From a virus (Duplodnaviria > Caudoviricetes): DNA of 41,780 nucleotides. Where the stretch lies: positions 1-41,780 of IMG/VR virus record IMGVR_UViG_3300020045_007641. One strand, given 5' to 3'. This document shows, piece after piece, positions 9,653-18,972 of the stretch. The first letter of the stretch is position 1, and every line of letters begins with the position of its first letter. The position numbers and the translations under genes were made by a program. The notes under the pieces are model-generated. The model saw only the letters and a program-made list of their open reading frames with translations. It was not told where the DNA came from and made no database searches.

Positions 9653-10841
9653 TTTCTGTTGTTTTAATTTCTCTTTCTGCTATCGGCTGAATTTCACAGG
9701 GAAAACCTAAATAAGTTAGACACTCTGTAAGCCTATATCTTTCATCTTCTGTCTGTTCAGAGTAAAAAACTTTCATTTCTTTATATGTTTCTCCTGAAGT
9801 ACCAAACATTGCACCATCAGAACCTAATACAAGCTGTTCCGGTATGTTATTAAAAGCTCCTAATATATTTCTGCTTATCCTTTTTGAATTAACCTCAAAT
9901 AATTTATCATCAAACTGAGGTTTTAGCTGAATTATTTTTAAAACTTTATCTAAATCATCAACTCCTGAAACGTCCATTTGATATATATCTCCTGAATTTT
10001 CAGAACCTAAAAACTTAGATAAATCCTTTGATGTTTGGTTAGACTGTTCTTCGTCAAGCCCTGAAGTAATAGCGATTGTTTTACCTAAAAATCCAGACCT
10101 AAACTGTGTATTTGTATATAAACCAAATCTATACTCGCTATCAGCATCGTTATAAACGCTATCAATAGGAGAAAGAGCATATTTGAAACGCGGTGTTAGG
10201 TTTAAATAAAATACCTGCCCTCGATACGCTTTTAATGCTTCTACAGCATCCGGATTATTCTCTGAGTCTTTAGCTATTTGAGCTAAAACAATTTTAGGGT
10301 CTGGGTTATATGGATAGTAAAGATACTCTTTTACATCATCTTTTTTTGTTTTTCTGTCTGATAAAGCTAAAAAATCTTTAAAAATAAACATCTTTTCAAA
10401 ATCATCAGAATCTTTTTTTTGCCTTCTGCCTTCTACATAATCCATTACTTTAATGGTTTTTTGTTTCAGAACTAAATTACCGCTTTGGTCTTGGTCATAC
10501 CCATAGCCTATATGGAAAAACACACCATAATGATAAGCTATAGATTCAGCCGCTATGTAAGCAATATTACTTAGTTTGTGGTTTTCTACAGGGTCAACTA
10601 TATTGTCCTGTACACCTTCTTTAAATCCTTTTCCCGCTATATATTTAGCCATTAGTTTGGCTGCGCGATATGCAGTAGGGGAGTTGTTTATCACTCCCTC
10701 TACTTCATAAGGATATAAATTATTATCCCCGTTTAAATAGATTTCTTTTTTTAAATCTTTATCATCTACTAACGGGGTTACACGTCGCCAAATCTCTGAT
10801 AATTTAGCTCTGACTATTTTAATCCCTTTGTCTATATCCAT
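9639..10841 (-). CDS. Portal protein
   Basis: 400 aa; GDNNLYP...SPT...YIAGKG N-terminus, GSENSG and ILGAF.IP..L segments typical of Bacteroidota phage portals. Confidence 0.8.
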   Translation of the reverse strand: MDIDKGIKIVRAKLSEIWRRVTPLVDDKDLKKEIYLNGDNNLYPYEVEGVINNSPTAYRAAKLMAKYIAGKGFKEGVQDNIVDPVENHKLSNIAYIAAESIAYHYGVFFHIGYGYDQDQSGNLVLKQKTIKVMDYVEGRRQKKDSDDFEKMFIFKDFLALSDRKTKKDDVKEYLYYPYNPDPKIVLAQIAKDSENNPDAVEALKAYRGQVFYLNLTPRFKYALSPIDSVYNDADSEYRFGLYTNTQFRSGFLGKTIAITSGLDEEQSNQTSKDLSKFLGSENSGDIYQMDVSGVDDLDKVLKIIQLKPQFDDKLFEVNSKRISRNILGAFNNIPEQLVLGSDGAMFGTSGETYKEMKVFYSEQTEDERYRLTECLTYLGFPCEIQPIAEREIKTTENAAT

Positions 10842-11440
10842 TATTCTTCAGGGGCTACCTGTTCTTTTTCTAATTCCGGCAAAATAGGTTCTTCTTTAAC
10901 TATAATATTTTTTGCTTTAGCAGCTTTTTCTTTTGCAGGCTTTTCTTTTACCTCTCGTTTTTTTCTAACTTTAGGTACAACCTGTTCCGCTCCTTCAACT
11001 TCTATTTTTTTAGCTTCTTCAGGGGCTACCTGTTCTTTTTCTAATTCCGGCAAAATAGAAAACAAATCTTTTCTTTCTTCTATTTCTTCTGAACTGCCTA
11101 CAGTTAAAAAGTCTCTTAAAAAAGAATCGGTTAAAGCGTTGCTGTACTGCCTTTTTGTTACACCATCTTTTTTAAAACTGATAATTCTAACGGAATTGTT
11201 TTTAAGTTTGAAATTCATATTTATGTATTTTATATTATTATCCGGCAAATTTAGTGAATTTATTTCATCTGAGCTATTTAATTTTGAATTTAATTTAATC
11301 CAATCTGAACTAAAAGAACATCCTGTACAATTAGGTAAATATCCAAATGTAGCCCTAAACGTTTCTATATAAAACGACATAAGGTCAGGATTGCTCCTAA
11401 CCTTATTCGAGTCTGTTTTAAGTAAGTCTTTTACTGTCAT
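10841..11440 (-). CDS. Hypothetical protein with CxxC and a low-complexity K/E tail (likely start 11440, MTVKDLL)
   Basis: The track start at 11512 overlaps the upstream gene; ATG at 11440 follows its stop by 4 nt. Confidence 0.7.
   Translation of the reverse strand: MTVKDLLKTDSNKVRSNPDLMSFYIETFRATFGYLPNCTGCSFSSDWIKLNSKLNSSDEINSLNLPDNNIKYINMNFKLKNNSVRIISFKKDGVTKRQYSNALTDSFLRDFLTVGSSEEIEERKDLFSILPELEKEQVAPEEAKKIEVEGAEQVVPKVRKKREVKEKPAKEKAAKAKNIIVKEEPILPELEKEQVAPEE
10844..11058. repeat. Perfect 44-bp direct repeat (10844-10887 and 11015-11058) encoding ILPELEKEQVAPEE twice
   Basis: Base-by-base identity. Confidence 0.95.
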
Positions 11441-11444
11441 AATT

Positions 11445-12044
11445 TTAAACGTTTGCAAATAAAGCATCAAAATCTGCAATTTCTCCATCTTCAGTTCCGC
11501 TTTTGTACGCATACGGTTGGTTAGGTTCTGGGCTTATTTCTCTACTTGAAAGTATAATAGCCTGACCGCCTCCGCCTTCCTGAGCGTTGTATGTGTAGTC
11601 CTCAGTGGTTAGCCCTGAATCAAAACCGTATATCTCTATTGTGTTATCATAAAACTGATAAGCAACAACATAAGAGCCTCTATCTAAAGAGTTCAATATA
11701 CATTTTGTTGCTTCAGCTACACCCATAACAAGCAATTGCGCATGATGTGTGTAATCAGGATTTCCTGTTAATTCGTTTGTAGCTTTATCAAAATAACCTA
11801 CATAAGTAGAGCCGTTTTCAGAGCCTTTAAAAGCGTAACCTGTTGCTCCATCTTTAAGGGCAAAAGCAACGTTATAATTACAAACGGAACTTACTGCTGT
11901 AGGTAATGTTTTTACTACTGTTGCAGGGTCTATATCTGATTTATTTATAATTACCGCTTGTTGGTAATACCTACGTGAGGGAGAAGCAAGACAAGATACA
12001 TCTTGTCCTGCTTTTAAAGAAGCGCATGCGCTTGTTGTAGCCAT
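11445..12044 (-). CDS. Putative major tail (tube) protein
   Basis: 199 aa directly after the capsid gene; beta-rich; paralogous to 8401..9012. Confidence 0.6.
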   Translation of the reverse strand: MATTSACASLKAGQDVSCLASPSRRYYQQAVIINKSDIDPATVVKTLPTAVSSVCNYNVAFALKDGATGYAFKGSENGSTYVGYFDKATNELTGNPDYTHHAQLLVMGVAEATKCILNSLDRGSYVVAYQFYDNTIEIYGFDSGLTTEDYTYNAQEGGGGQAIILSSREISPEPNQPYAYKSGTEDGEIADFDALFANV

Positions 12045-12060
12045 ATTTTTTTTTTAAAAG

Positions 12061-13152
12061 TTATACTGTTTCTGCGCCTAAATAAACATATTCATCGGTA
12101 ACAAGTGAAGCCGCTAATTGTGCGCCACCCTCCATATAAACCTGTCCATCATCTTTAGAATACCAAATATCAAAAGCAGTTAACTGGTCTATTTCAGGAG
12201 TTCCAAAAACAATATTGTCTTTAGATGTTAACAAAGCCCTGTAAGGACGCCCTAAGCTCAAAGCAGTAATAACACCGTCAAACTCCTGCCTAACAATAAC
12301 CGGAATACCAAAGATAGATAAACCCTCTATTGTAAACATTCTTTTACCTGTTATCTGCGTTGCGCTTAAACACTGGCAGTTATACATAGAAGTATCGTTA
12401 AGGTTATTTAACCACACTACAATTGCCGCCGCCATTGCTTTAGTCATTTCAAATTGTGCTGTTGTTAAATCAAACCACGGAGTTAACATAGCTTCGTTGT
12501 AAGCCTCTGCAAGATAAGCGTAAGCCGCCTCTCCTGTAAGAGGTACGGGCGCACCTCCTGTCCCTGAAGTGTTTTCTGTTATTGGTATTTTTATACCTTC
12601 TCCGGCTTCAGCTTGTGTAAATATACCATCTAAAGGACGTAAAAGCGGGTAGTTAGGGCTATTAGTAGGAGTGTAACCTCTTTCTCCAAACCAACCTATA
12701 CGCCATAATGCAGCATCAAGTTCTGTTTGGAATTTTCCTGTAATGTAAGCCATTAAAGCCCCATCTAAAGATGTATCTCCAAATAGCCTTTTATATTTAC
12801 CCCAGAACGCTAAAAAGTTTTCGTCAAAGGTATTTATACAAATAGGCACTCTACAAGCTACAGCCCCTACCTGCCATACTTTAGCGCCAAAACCTAAGAC
12901 TAAATCACATACCGGAGTATTACAATTAGTCATATCTTTGTAAGGAAATGAAGTATAAGACGGATTTGTGCTTAATATAGGTATAACATTACCTTCGCGG
13001 ATACCCTCAACAACAGTGTGAGATTCAGGCAGCTTTCCAACTGCAAAAGATTTTTCATAAATTGCGTTAGAAATATCTGCAAGTTCTGCGCTTGTAAGGT
13101 CTGTTATAAGGTCTAAAAACTCAGTATTAAAAGTCGGTACTAAAACTGCCAT
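12061..13152 (-). CDS. Major capsid protein
   Basis: 363 aa directly downstream of the Clp-type protease; WFG...LDGIF, GIPV and FDIWYSKDD motifs of Bacteroidota phage capsids. Confidence 0.8.
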   Translation of the reverse strand: MAVLVPTFNTEFLDLITDLTSAELADISNAIYEKSFAVGKLPESHTVVEGIREGNVIPILSTNPSYTSFPYKDMTNCNTPVCDLVLGFGAKVWQVGAVACRVPICINTFDENFLAFWGKYKRLFGDTSLDGALMAYITGKFQTELDAALWRIGWFGERGYTPTNSPNYPLLRPLDGIFTQAEAGEGIKIPITENTSGTGGAPVPLTGEAAYAYLAEAYNEAMLTPWFDLTTAQFEMTKAMAAAIVVWLNNLNDTSMYNCQCLSATQITGKRMFTIEGLSIFGIPVIVRQEFDGVITALSLGRPYRALLTSKDNIVFGTPEIDQLTAFDIWYSKDDGQVYMEGGAQLAASLVTDEYVYLGAETV

Positions 13153-13153
13153 A

Positions 13154-14230
13154 TTATTTTGTTGTGTTTTTTGTTTCGTTTTCTTTATGTAACTTTAAAG
13201 CTGCTGCTGCTCGTGAGCCTTTAGTTTCAGCTTTATGTGCTTCAGGTTTTTTAACCTCTCTACTACCTGCGTTAGCCGGTTTAGAAGTGGCTGTTTTCAA
13301 AGCTTTAACTGTAGCTTTTTCTATAGCCAATTCTTTATTTACCGCTACTAACTGAGTAGTTAAATTTTCAATTAAAGCAGCCGCTTCTTCAGGAGTTACT
13401 TCTTCTTCGGCTTCTACAATCTCTGTAAGTTCCCCATCTACAAAAACATAAGTTTCTCCGGTTTTCATAACATATTCGCCTGTTGCGGGTTCTCCGTCTA
13501 CTTCTCCCATATCCCCTAAAGCAGGGTCGGCATCATCTGCTACATCAGGGAAATTAATTTCTGTTTCATCTGCTGTCGTTACAACTTTGTTTACAATACC
13601 GCCTTTTAATGCGGCTAAAGCTTTCATTATAAATGAAGGTTTTTTCATATTACTGTTTTTATTTTTTACTTTATTTTCAAATCGTTTAAGTGCTTTTGGT
13701 CTAACCACTGGCTCTATTTCTGTTGCAAATCGCATAGACAAAGCTAAAGAGGGGCTAATAGAAGTTTCTGCTTTCATAAGCTCTTTAGCCTCCTGAATAG
13801 ATAAATCAGTGTGTTCACTGTAATGTTTTGCAATTGCGTTATCCCATTCCGATAATGACTGAGCCGTTTTAATTAAAACGCCTGCGTTACCTTCTGAATA
13901 CGTCCACGCATTATGAACAAAGGGGGAAGTAGTCTCTGTAAGAGTTCTTTTGTCTCCGGCTAAAAATATTATTGTAGCTATAGAGCAAACATTTGCTTCT
14001 CCTAAAGTGTGAATTTCTACTTTGTTTTTAGCTGCATAACGTCTTAGTTCATGGTATATAGCAAACCCAATAGTACAGTCGCCTCCTACTGAATTTATAC
14101 GCACTAATACTGGTTTACCTCTTGCTTTTGCAAGCTGATTTTGAACATGGGTAAGATTACAGTATCCGTATTTATACGCTTCTGGGTCTTCAAAACCGAT
14201 AATCTCCCCGTAAATTTTTACTTCATACAT
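13154..14230 (-). CDS. ClpP-family prohead protease with C-terminal scaffold-like region (likely start 14230, MYEVKIYGEI)
   Basis: RINSVGG, CSIATIIFLAGD and FVHNAW ClpP motifs; acidic/coiled-coil C-terminus. Confidence 0.9.
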   Translation of the reverse strand: MYEVKIYGEIIGFEDPEAYKYGYCNLTHVQNQLAKARGKPVLVRINSVGGDCTIGFAIYHELRRYAAKNKVEIHTLGEANVCSIATIIFLAGDKRTLTETTSPFVHNAWTYSEGNAGVLIKTAQSLSEWDNAIAKHYSEHTDLSIQEAKELMKAETSISPSLALSMRFATEIEPVVRPKALKRFENKVKNKNSNMKKPSFIMKALAALKGGIVNKVVTTADETEINFPDVADDADPALGDMGEVDGEPATGEYVMKTGETYVFVDGELTEIVEAEEEVTPEEAAALIENLTTQLVAVNKELAIEKATVKALKTATSKPANAGSREVKKPEAHKAETKGSRAAAALKLHKENETKNTTK

Positions 14231-14248
14231 ATCTTGTTTTTTGTTACA

Positions 14249-14293
14249 CAAATGTAGGTTAAATAAATGAGTTGTGCAAATATTTACACAACT
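14249..14293 (-). promoter_or_regulatory. Promoter of the head operon with an overlapping 24-bp near-perfect palindrome (14270-14293)
   Basis: TTG at 14279 then N20 then TACATTTG; palindrome AGTTGTGCAAATATTTACACAACT. Confidence 0.7.
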
Positions 14294-14307
14294 TATTTTA
14301 ATTTATT

Positions 14308-14688
14308 TTAAAAAGGCAAATCATCGTGTTCAGCTTCATTATAAGTATTATTATGTACTTGCTGCTGTGCCTGATAATTATTTACTGCTGAATTTTGCCT
14401 CCCGTCTGCCTGCGCGGTTCTTTCAATTCTCCACCCCTGTACAGAGTTAAAGTATTTTGTTTCTCTCTGCGGGTTAACCCATTCACGACCCCTTAAGTTA
14501 ACTCCTACTTTTACGGGTTCGCCTACCTTATAGCTGTTCAGAATATCGCATTTATCCTGTGTAAACTGTATTTGTATGTGTTGAGGGTATTGCTCGTCTG
14601 TTGTTACTACAATATCCCTATTTCTAAAACCATTTGCGCCAAAAGTACGTGTTTCGTCTATAAATCTAATCCTACCTGTAATATCCAT
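14308..14688 (-). CDS. Single-stranded DNA-binding protein (DUF3127 family)
   Basis: EQYPQHIQIQFTQDKC...NLRGREW...YFNSVQGWRI; C-terminal DDLPF. Confidence 0.88.
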   Translation of the reverse strand: MDITGRIRFIDETRTFGANGFRNRDIVVTTDEQYPQHIQIQFTQDKCDILNSYKVGEPVKVGVNLRGREWVNPQRETKYFNSVQGWRIERTAQADGRQNSAVNNYQAQQQVHNNTYNEAEHDDLPF

Positions 14689-15203
14689 TAGTTAATTTTT
14701 AAGTTTAAATTTTGTTGTATTTCGCAACCTTCTAATTCTATTCCGGCTTTAAGAGCTTCTTTAATAGCTTTTTTATCCGGTTCTTCTGTAAGTTTAATAG
14801 TTTTATATTCTTTAGGTAACTGATTTACCATATCTTTTAAAACTACAACTGTTTCGCTTTTACGAGTACCAAATTTAGTAAGCCCTACAGTGAAGTCCCC
14901 AAACACTTTAACGGCATTTAAAAGACTTTCTTCTAAGCGGTCAAGCATTCGTGTTTTAGATTTTTTTAAAGCCGTTAAACGCTTAATTTCATTATCTATA
15001 ACTTCAACAAAAGATTCCTCTCTCCTTATTACTTCTAAATAAGAAACAGCTTTTTGTTCAAGCTCCTGCTTATTTATAGTTAAAAAAGTTTCGTCCTCTG
15101 GTTCGAGTAAAAAATTTTTTTCTTCTAACTCATAAATTTTATTTATGTAATCCTGATTAATTAAATACAGGCTTTTAGTTTGTGGCTTGTTATGCTCCGG
15201 CAT
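14688..15203 (-). CDS. Siphovirus Gp157 family protein
   Basis: EIKRL.ALKK, RKS and PDKKAIKEALKAG..LEG motifs. Confidence 0.85.
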   Translation of the reverse strand: MPEHNKPQTKSLYLINQDYINKIYELEEKNFLLEPEDETFLTINKQELEQKAVSYLEVIRREESFVEVIDNEIKRLTALKKSKTRMLDRLEESLLNAVKVFGDFTVGLTKFGTRKSETVVVLKDMVNQLPKEYKTIKLTEEPDKKAIKEALKAGIELEGCEIQQNLNLKIN

Positions 15204-15858
15204 TTTTATTTTCTTTTTTAGTTAAGTAGTCTTTCATTTTGTCTTTAGTTTCAAGATTGAAAGCTTTATTTTCAGGGCTTAGTGTTTTCCAGAAAGCAGC
15301 TAAAGATTTGCTATCTGCCATATGTTTAATTTTTTCTGAATAGTCTACAGGTTCTTTTGCTTTTTGTTTTTCCTGCTCTGAAACAGGTTTAAATTCATTA
15401 GTATTTTTCCTGTCAGGACTATCTACATCATCCCCATCTGTTGCTATATGGAAAAATTTAAGTAAAAAATATCTTTCTCCATAGGTTAAAGCAGAACCTA
15501 AACCTTTCTCAAAATCGTTTTGACCGTTAGCTCCCCATTCGCAAGAGTGTTTTTCTCTTGTATCTGAATCAACCCAAGTATAACGCTGTATAACTTTAGA
15601 AAGAACTTCAGTTTTTTCTTTATTATTTTGACCTACAGTATATGTAACTAACTGGTTTTCTATAGAAATTATTTCAGGAATAAGAAGAAGCCCCTCCTGA
15701 TTCATAAGAGGTTTAATAACACTAATAACCTTATCCCCGTTAACATATTCATAACCTTTCGGGTTATACTGGCTTTTTGTAGTTTCGTTTTTACCTAATC
15801 CGTTTACGGCTCTTTGTATAACCATAAGCTTCTGATAAATATTTTTTTTATCACTCAT
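15190..15858 (-). CDS. ERF-family single-strand annealing protein
   Basis: NIYQKL, GSALTYGERYFLLKFFHIAT.DD.D motif. Confidence 0.88.
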   Translation of the reverse strand: MSDKKNIYQKLMVIQRAVNGLGKNETTKSQYNPKGYEYVNGDKVISVIKPLMNQEGLLLIPEIISIENQLVTYTVGQNNKEKTEVLSKVIQRYTWVDSDTREKHSCEWGANGQNDFEKGLGSALTYGERYFLLKFFHIATDGDDVDSPDRKNTNEFKPVSEQEKQKAKEPVDYSEKIKHMADSKSLAAFWKTLSPENKAFNLETKDKMKDYLTKKENKNAGA

Positions 15859-16072
15859 TTAATCCAAGTTTAAAAGTTATTGATTCCCCTTTTTTTGAAA
15901 TAGTTATCTCACTTTCAAAACCGTTTTCCTTACATATCTTACAAAAAGTTTTAAATGTAAGATTGCTTTTGCCTTCTCGCATGTTGTTTAAAGTGGTGCG
16001 GTCTACGCCTTTTATATGGCTCATTTTACCGCCACACCGTTGTACTATAAAATCATATAGCTTTTTTTGCAT
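15851..16072 (-). CDS. XRE-like HTH protein
   Basis: GVDRTTLNNMREGKSNLTFKTFCKI resembles an XRE HTH; first gene of the leftward operon. Confidence 0.65.
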   Translation of the reverse strand: MQKKLYDFIVQRCGGKMSHIKGVDRTTLNNMREGKSNLTFKTFCKICKENGFESEITISKKGESITFKLGLNE

Positions 16073-16095
16073 GGTTGTTATTTTTTAATTCTATG

Positions 16096-16199
16096 CAAAT
16101 ATAATACATTCATTTTAATATACAACATTTATTTTACAAAACTTTATAAAAATAAATTCAATAAACATTTGTTATTTAAAACTAAATTCAATACATTTG
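16096..16199. promoter_or_regulatory. Divergent promoter pair (leftward 16096-16125; rightward 16169-16199)
   Basis: Both match TTG-N19/20-TAnnTTTG. Confidence 0.75.
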
Positions 16200-16223
16200 C
16201 AGATATAAAAATAAATATTAGAT

Positions 16224-16382
16224 ATGGATTACAAAAAAGCAATACTGGAAAAAGGTTTAAAAAATAGATTTATAGCAAAAAAAATAGGTTGCAAAGAGCC
16301 TATTTTTTCTATGTATATAAATGGTAAAGTTAAAAATATTCCTGCTCATATAATTAAAGCATTAGAAGAAATTTTAAAATAA
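16224..16382 (+). CDS. Cro-like HTH protein (52 aa, MDYKKAILEKGLKNRFIAKKIGCKEPIFSMYING...)
   Basis: Below track cutoff; follows the rightward promoter and stops 5 nt before the initiator ATG; GLK..FIA.KIG...FS.YING HTH pattern. Confidence 0.8.
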   Translation: MDYKKAILEKGLKNRFIAKKIGCKEPIFSMYINGKVKNIPAHIIKALEEILK

Positions 16383-16387
16383 AACCC

Positions 16388-17095
16388 ATGGCAGAGAATA
16401 AAAATTCATTCATTCTTTATGCCGATTTAATTAGTACTGTTTCTATGTTGACCGACGAAGAAGCCGGTGTTTTACTAAAAACTATACTTGCTTATGTTAA
16501 CGATTTAAACCCTGTTATTGATAATAGAGCAATAAATTTAGTGTTTAACCCTATAAAGGAACGCATGCAGAAAGACCTTAAAAAGTGGGAATCAACAATA
16601 AATAAAAAATCTGTTTCAGGTGTAATAGGTAACATAAAACGTTGGCATCCAGATATATATATTCTTTACGAATCAGGTAAAATAACATTAGAAGAAGCTA
16701 ATTTAAAAGTCGCACAAAGTCGCACTTTATCGCATACCGATAGTAACCAATCGCAAAACTCGCAAAGTGTCGCAAACATCGCTGTTAGTGTAAGTGATAG
16801 TGTTAGTGTAAGTGTTAGTGATATAATAATAAATAAAGAAAAAGAAGAAGAAGAAAAAAAACAAAAAGCTTTAGCGCCTCCCCCGTCTTATGATGAATTT
16901 TTAGAGTTTGCCTTATCGAAAAAACCTTTGGCTAAAAAAGAACAGATTAAGGCTAAATATGATTCTTGGATTTTACAGGGATGGAAAACGGCAAACGGAA
17001 CTATTAAAAACTGGAAAGCAACAATTACAAATACTTTGCCGTACATAGACGAAATTAAATCTACAGAAACAAAACCCTTTAAACTTGCTTTGTAA
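16388..17095 (+). CDS. Replication initiator (DUF6291-like N-terminus)
   Basis: NSFILY.D...LTDEEAG.L; low-complexity linker; C-terminal GWK...IKNWKA domain; directly precedes the helicase. Confidence 0.75.
   Translation: MAENKNSFILYADLISTVSMLTDEEAGVLLKTILAYVNDLNPVIDNRAINLVFNPIKERMQKDLKKWESTINKKSVSGVIGNIKRWHPDIYILYESGKITLEEANLKVAQSRTLSHTDSNQSQNSQSVANIAVSVSDSVSVSVSDIIINKEKEEEEKKQKALAPPPSYDEFLEFALSKKPLAKKEQIKAKYDSWILQGWKTANGTIKNWKATITNTLPYIDEIKSTETKPFKLAL
16709..16868. repeat. Iteron-like TCGCA repeats followed by an A-rich tract (candidate origin)
   Basis: TCGCA at 16710, 16720, 16730, 16751, 16760 and 16770, TCGCT at 16779; A-rich stretch about 16823-16868. Confidence 0.55.
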
Positions 17096-18964
17096 ATGCA
17101 TACTTTTTTTGAATGGGATAAAATAGAACATAAGCACGCTCATAAGACCACAGGAACGGCTAAATTAAAATGTCCTGCCTGCATAGATACCAGAACTAAT
17201 AAACGGGATACAAGTCTTTATGTTCGGTATGATAGCGGCATAGCTAAATGTTTTCATTGTGAAGCTTTAAGTTTTAGAGACAGCGTATCAGGTCAAACTG
17301 AGCGTAAAAAATTTAAACTACCTGAACAGGTTTGGAGAAACTATACAAAGCTTTCAGATGCATTAATAAAATTTATTGAAGCAAGGGGTATAAAACAATT
17401 TACCGCAACTAAATTTGAGGCTTCAGAGGAATTATTTTGGCAGCCTCAAATTGGTAAAACGGTTAATAATTTAGTTTTTAATTACTTTGAGGGGGATATT
17501 TTAATAAACAAAAAGTACAGGGACGGAGCTAAACATTTTGCTCAATGCAAGGATGCTAAAAGTATTTTTTATAATATTAATTCTATCATAGGCAAAAAAG
17601 AATGTTACATAGTTGAGGGAGAGTTTGACGTTTGGAGTATTGACCAGATAGGCGTACATACGGTTATATCTGTTCCTAACGGAGCAAACAACAATGACGA
17701 ATACTGGATTAACTGTGAGCCTTATTTACGCGATATAGAACGTTTTTATATAGGTACTGACAATGACGAAAAAGGCGATAAGCTTGCAGAAGATATAGCT
17801 CAAAGGTTAGGTAGATACAGATGTGAGCGTATTCTATGGGAAGGCAAAGATGCTAACGAAGATTTGATAAGCGGTGTTTTAGAAAGTTCAATTAAGAACA
17901 CAAAAAAATATCCTGTATCCGGAACATTCACGATTAATGATGTTTATGATAAAGTTATTGATTTACTTGAAAACGGATTACCTCCGGTGTATTATCCTAC
18001 TCATAGATGCTTTGGGGATATGCGTAAAAAGTTTACTTGTATGCTCGGTCACTTGGTTACGGTAACAGGTATTCCTTCACACGGTAAATCAAATTTCATA
18101 GAGTGGTATGTTCTTAATTTAGCTGCTGAATACAATTTTAAAATAAGTTTCTTCAGTCCTGAACATCAACCAATGGAAATGCATCAAAGCACGTTTATTG
18201 AAAAGTTCCACGCTAAAAGCTTTTGGTATGAATCAGAGGGTAATCCCAGAATTGACAAAATAAATGTTGCTGAATATGCGGAGTGGGCTAATGAAAAAAT
18301 TTACTTAACCAGTCCGGAGGGCGCAGAGGTTGCTTCGTGGGACTGGATATTTGAAAAGTTCAGGGAGCAAATGTTTAATTTTGGCGTTAATGTTTTTGTA
18401 ATAGATGCTTTTAACAAAGTTGAAGGTTGCAACACATTGCAGGATATAAACAAAGTTTTAGGTAGGCTAACTAATTTCGCTCAAAAAAACAACGTTATTA
18501 TATTTTTAATTGCGCACCCTACAAAGATGCAAAAAATTAAAGATACAGAAATTTATAACGTACCGGATTTATACAGCGTTTCAGGTTCAGCCGATTTCAG
18601 GAATCAAACACATGACGGATTATGCGTTTACAGGTTTTTTCCTAATGAAGAAAACCCTGAAGGATTTACAGAGGTTTATAATTTAAAAACTAAAATGAAA
18701 TTTCAGGGAGAGATAGGTTCTTCAATGCAATATAATTATCATGTTCCTTCTGGAAGATATTTTTTGAAAGATACAGAGCCGGAACTTGAAAGGTTAGATA
18801 AAATGTATAGAGCCGATTTAAGACACGAAAAAACAAAAGAGGTATCAGAATACCAATTACCAACAATAAGCCCTTCAGAAGCTTTTAACATGCCTTCAGT
18901 AGCTTTTGACGAACAGTACGACGACTTCTATAATGAAAATTCAAATGATGATGTACCATTTTAA
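17096..18964 (+). CDS. Bifunctional primase-helicase (Zn finger + TOPRIM + SF4 helicase; T7 gp4/Twinkle-like)
   Basis: CPAC...CFHC, IVEGEFD, TDNDEKG, GIPSHGKS (Walker A), IAHPTK, SGSADF. Confidence 0.93.
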   Translation: MHTFFEWDKIEHKHAHKTTGTAKLKCPACIDTRTNKRDTSLYVRYDSGIAKCFHCEALSFRDSVSGQTERKKFKLPEQVWRNYTKLSDALIKFIEARGIKQFTATKFEASEELFWQPQIGKTVNNLVFNYFEGDILINKKYRDGAKHFAQCKDAKSIFYNINSIIGKKECYIVEGEFDVWSIDQIGVHTVISVPNGANNNDEYWINCEPYLRDIERFYIGTDNDEKGDKLAEDIAQRLGRYRCERILWEGKDANEDLISGVLESSIKNTKKYPVSGTFTINDVYDKVIDLLENGLPPVYYPTHRCFGDMRKKFTCMLGHLVTVTGIPSHGKSNFIEWYVLNLAAEYNFKISFFSPEHQPMEMHQSTFIEKFHAKSFWYESEGNPRIDKINVAEYAEWANEKIYLTSPEGAEVASWDWIFEKFREQMFNFGVNVFVIDAFNKVEGCNTLQDINKVLGRLTNFAQKNNVIIFLIAHPTKMQKIKDTEIYNVPDLYSVSGSADFRNQTHDGLCVYRFFPNEENPEGFTEVYNLKTKMKFQGEIGSSMQYNYHVPSGRYFLKDTEPELERLDKMYRADLRHEKTKEVSEYQLPTISPSEAFNMPSVAFDEQYDDFYNENSNDDVPF

Positions 18965-18972
18965 ATAAAAAC

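Noticed and set aside
10844-11058. 44-bp repeat as a DGR template/variable pair or att site
   Set aside because: Copies are identical with no adenine-specific differences; no reverse transcriptase or integrase seen
11139-13796. Plus-strand ORFs 11139..11372, 13164..13355 and 13587..13796
   Set aside because: Antisense shadows of structural genes; hydrophobic bias mirrors K/E-rich sense codons
16067-16267. 66-aa plus ORF
   Set aside because: Runs across both divergent promoters; 16224..16382 in another frame is the plausible gene
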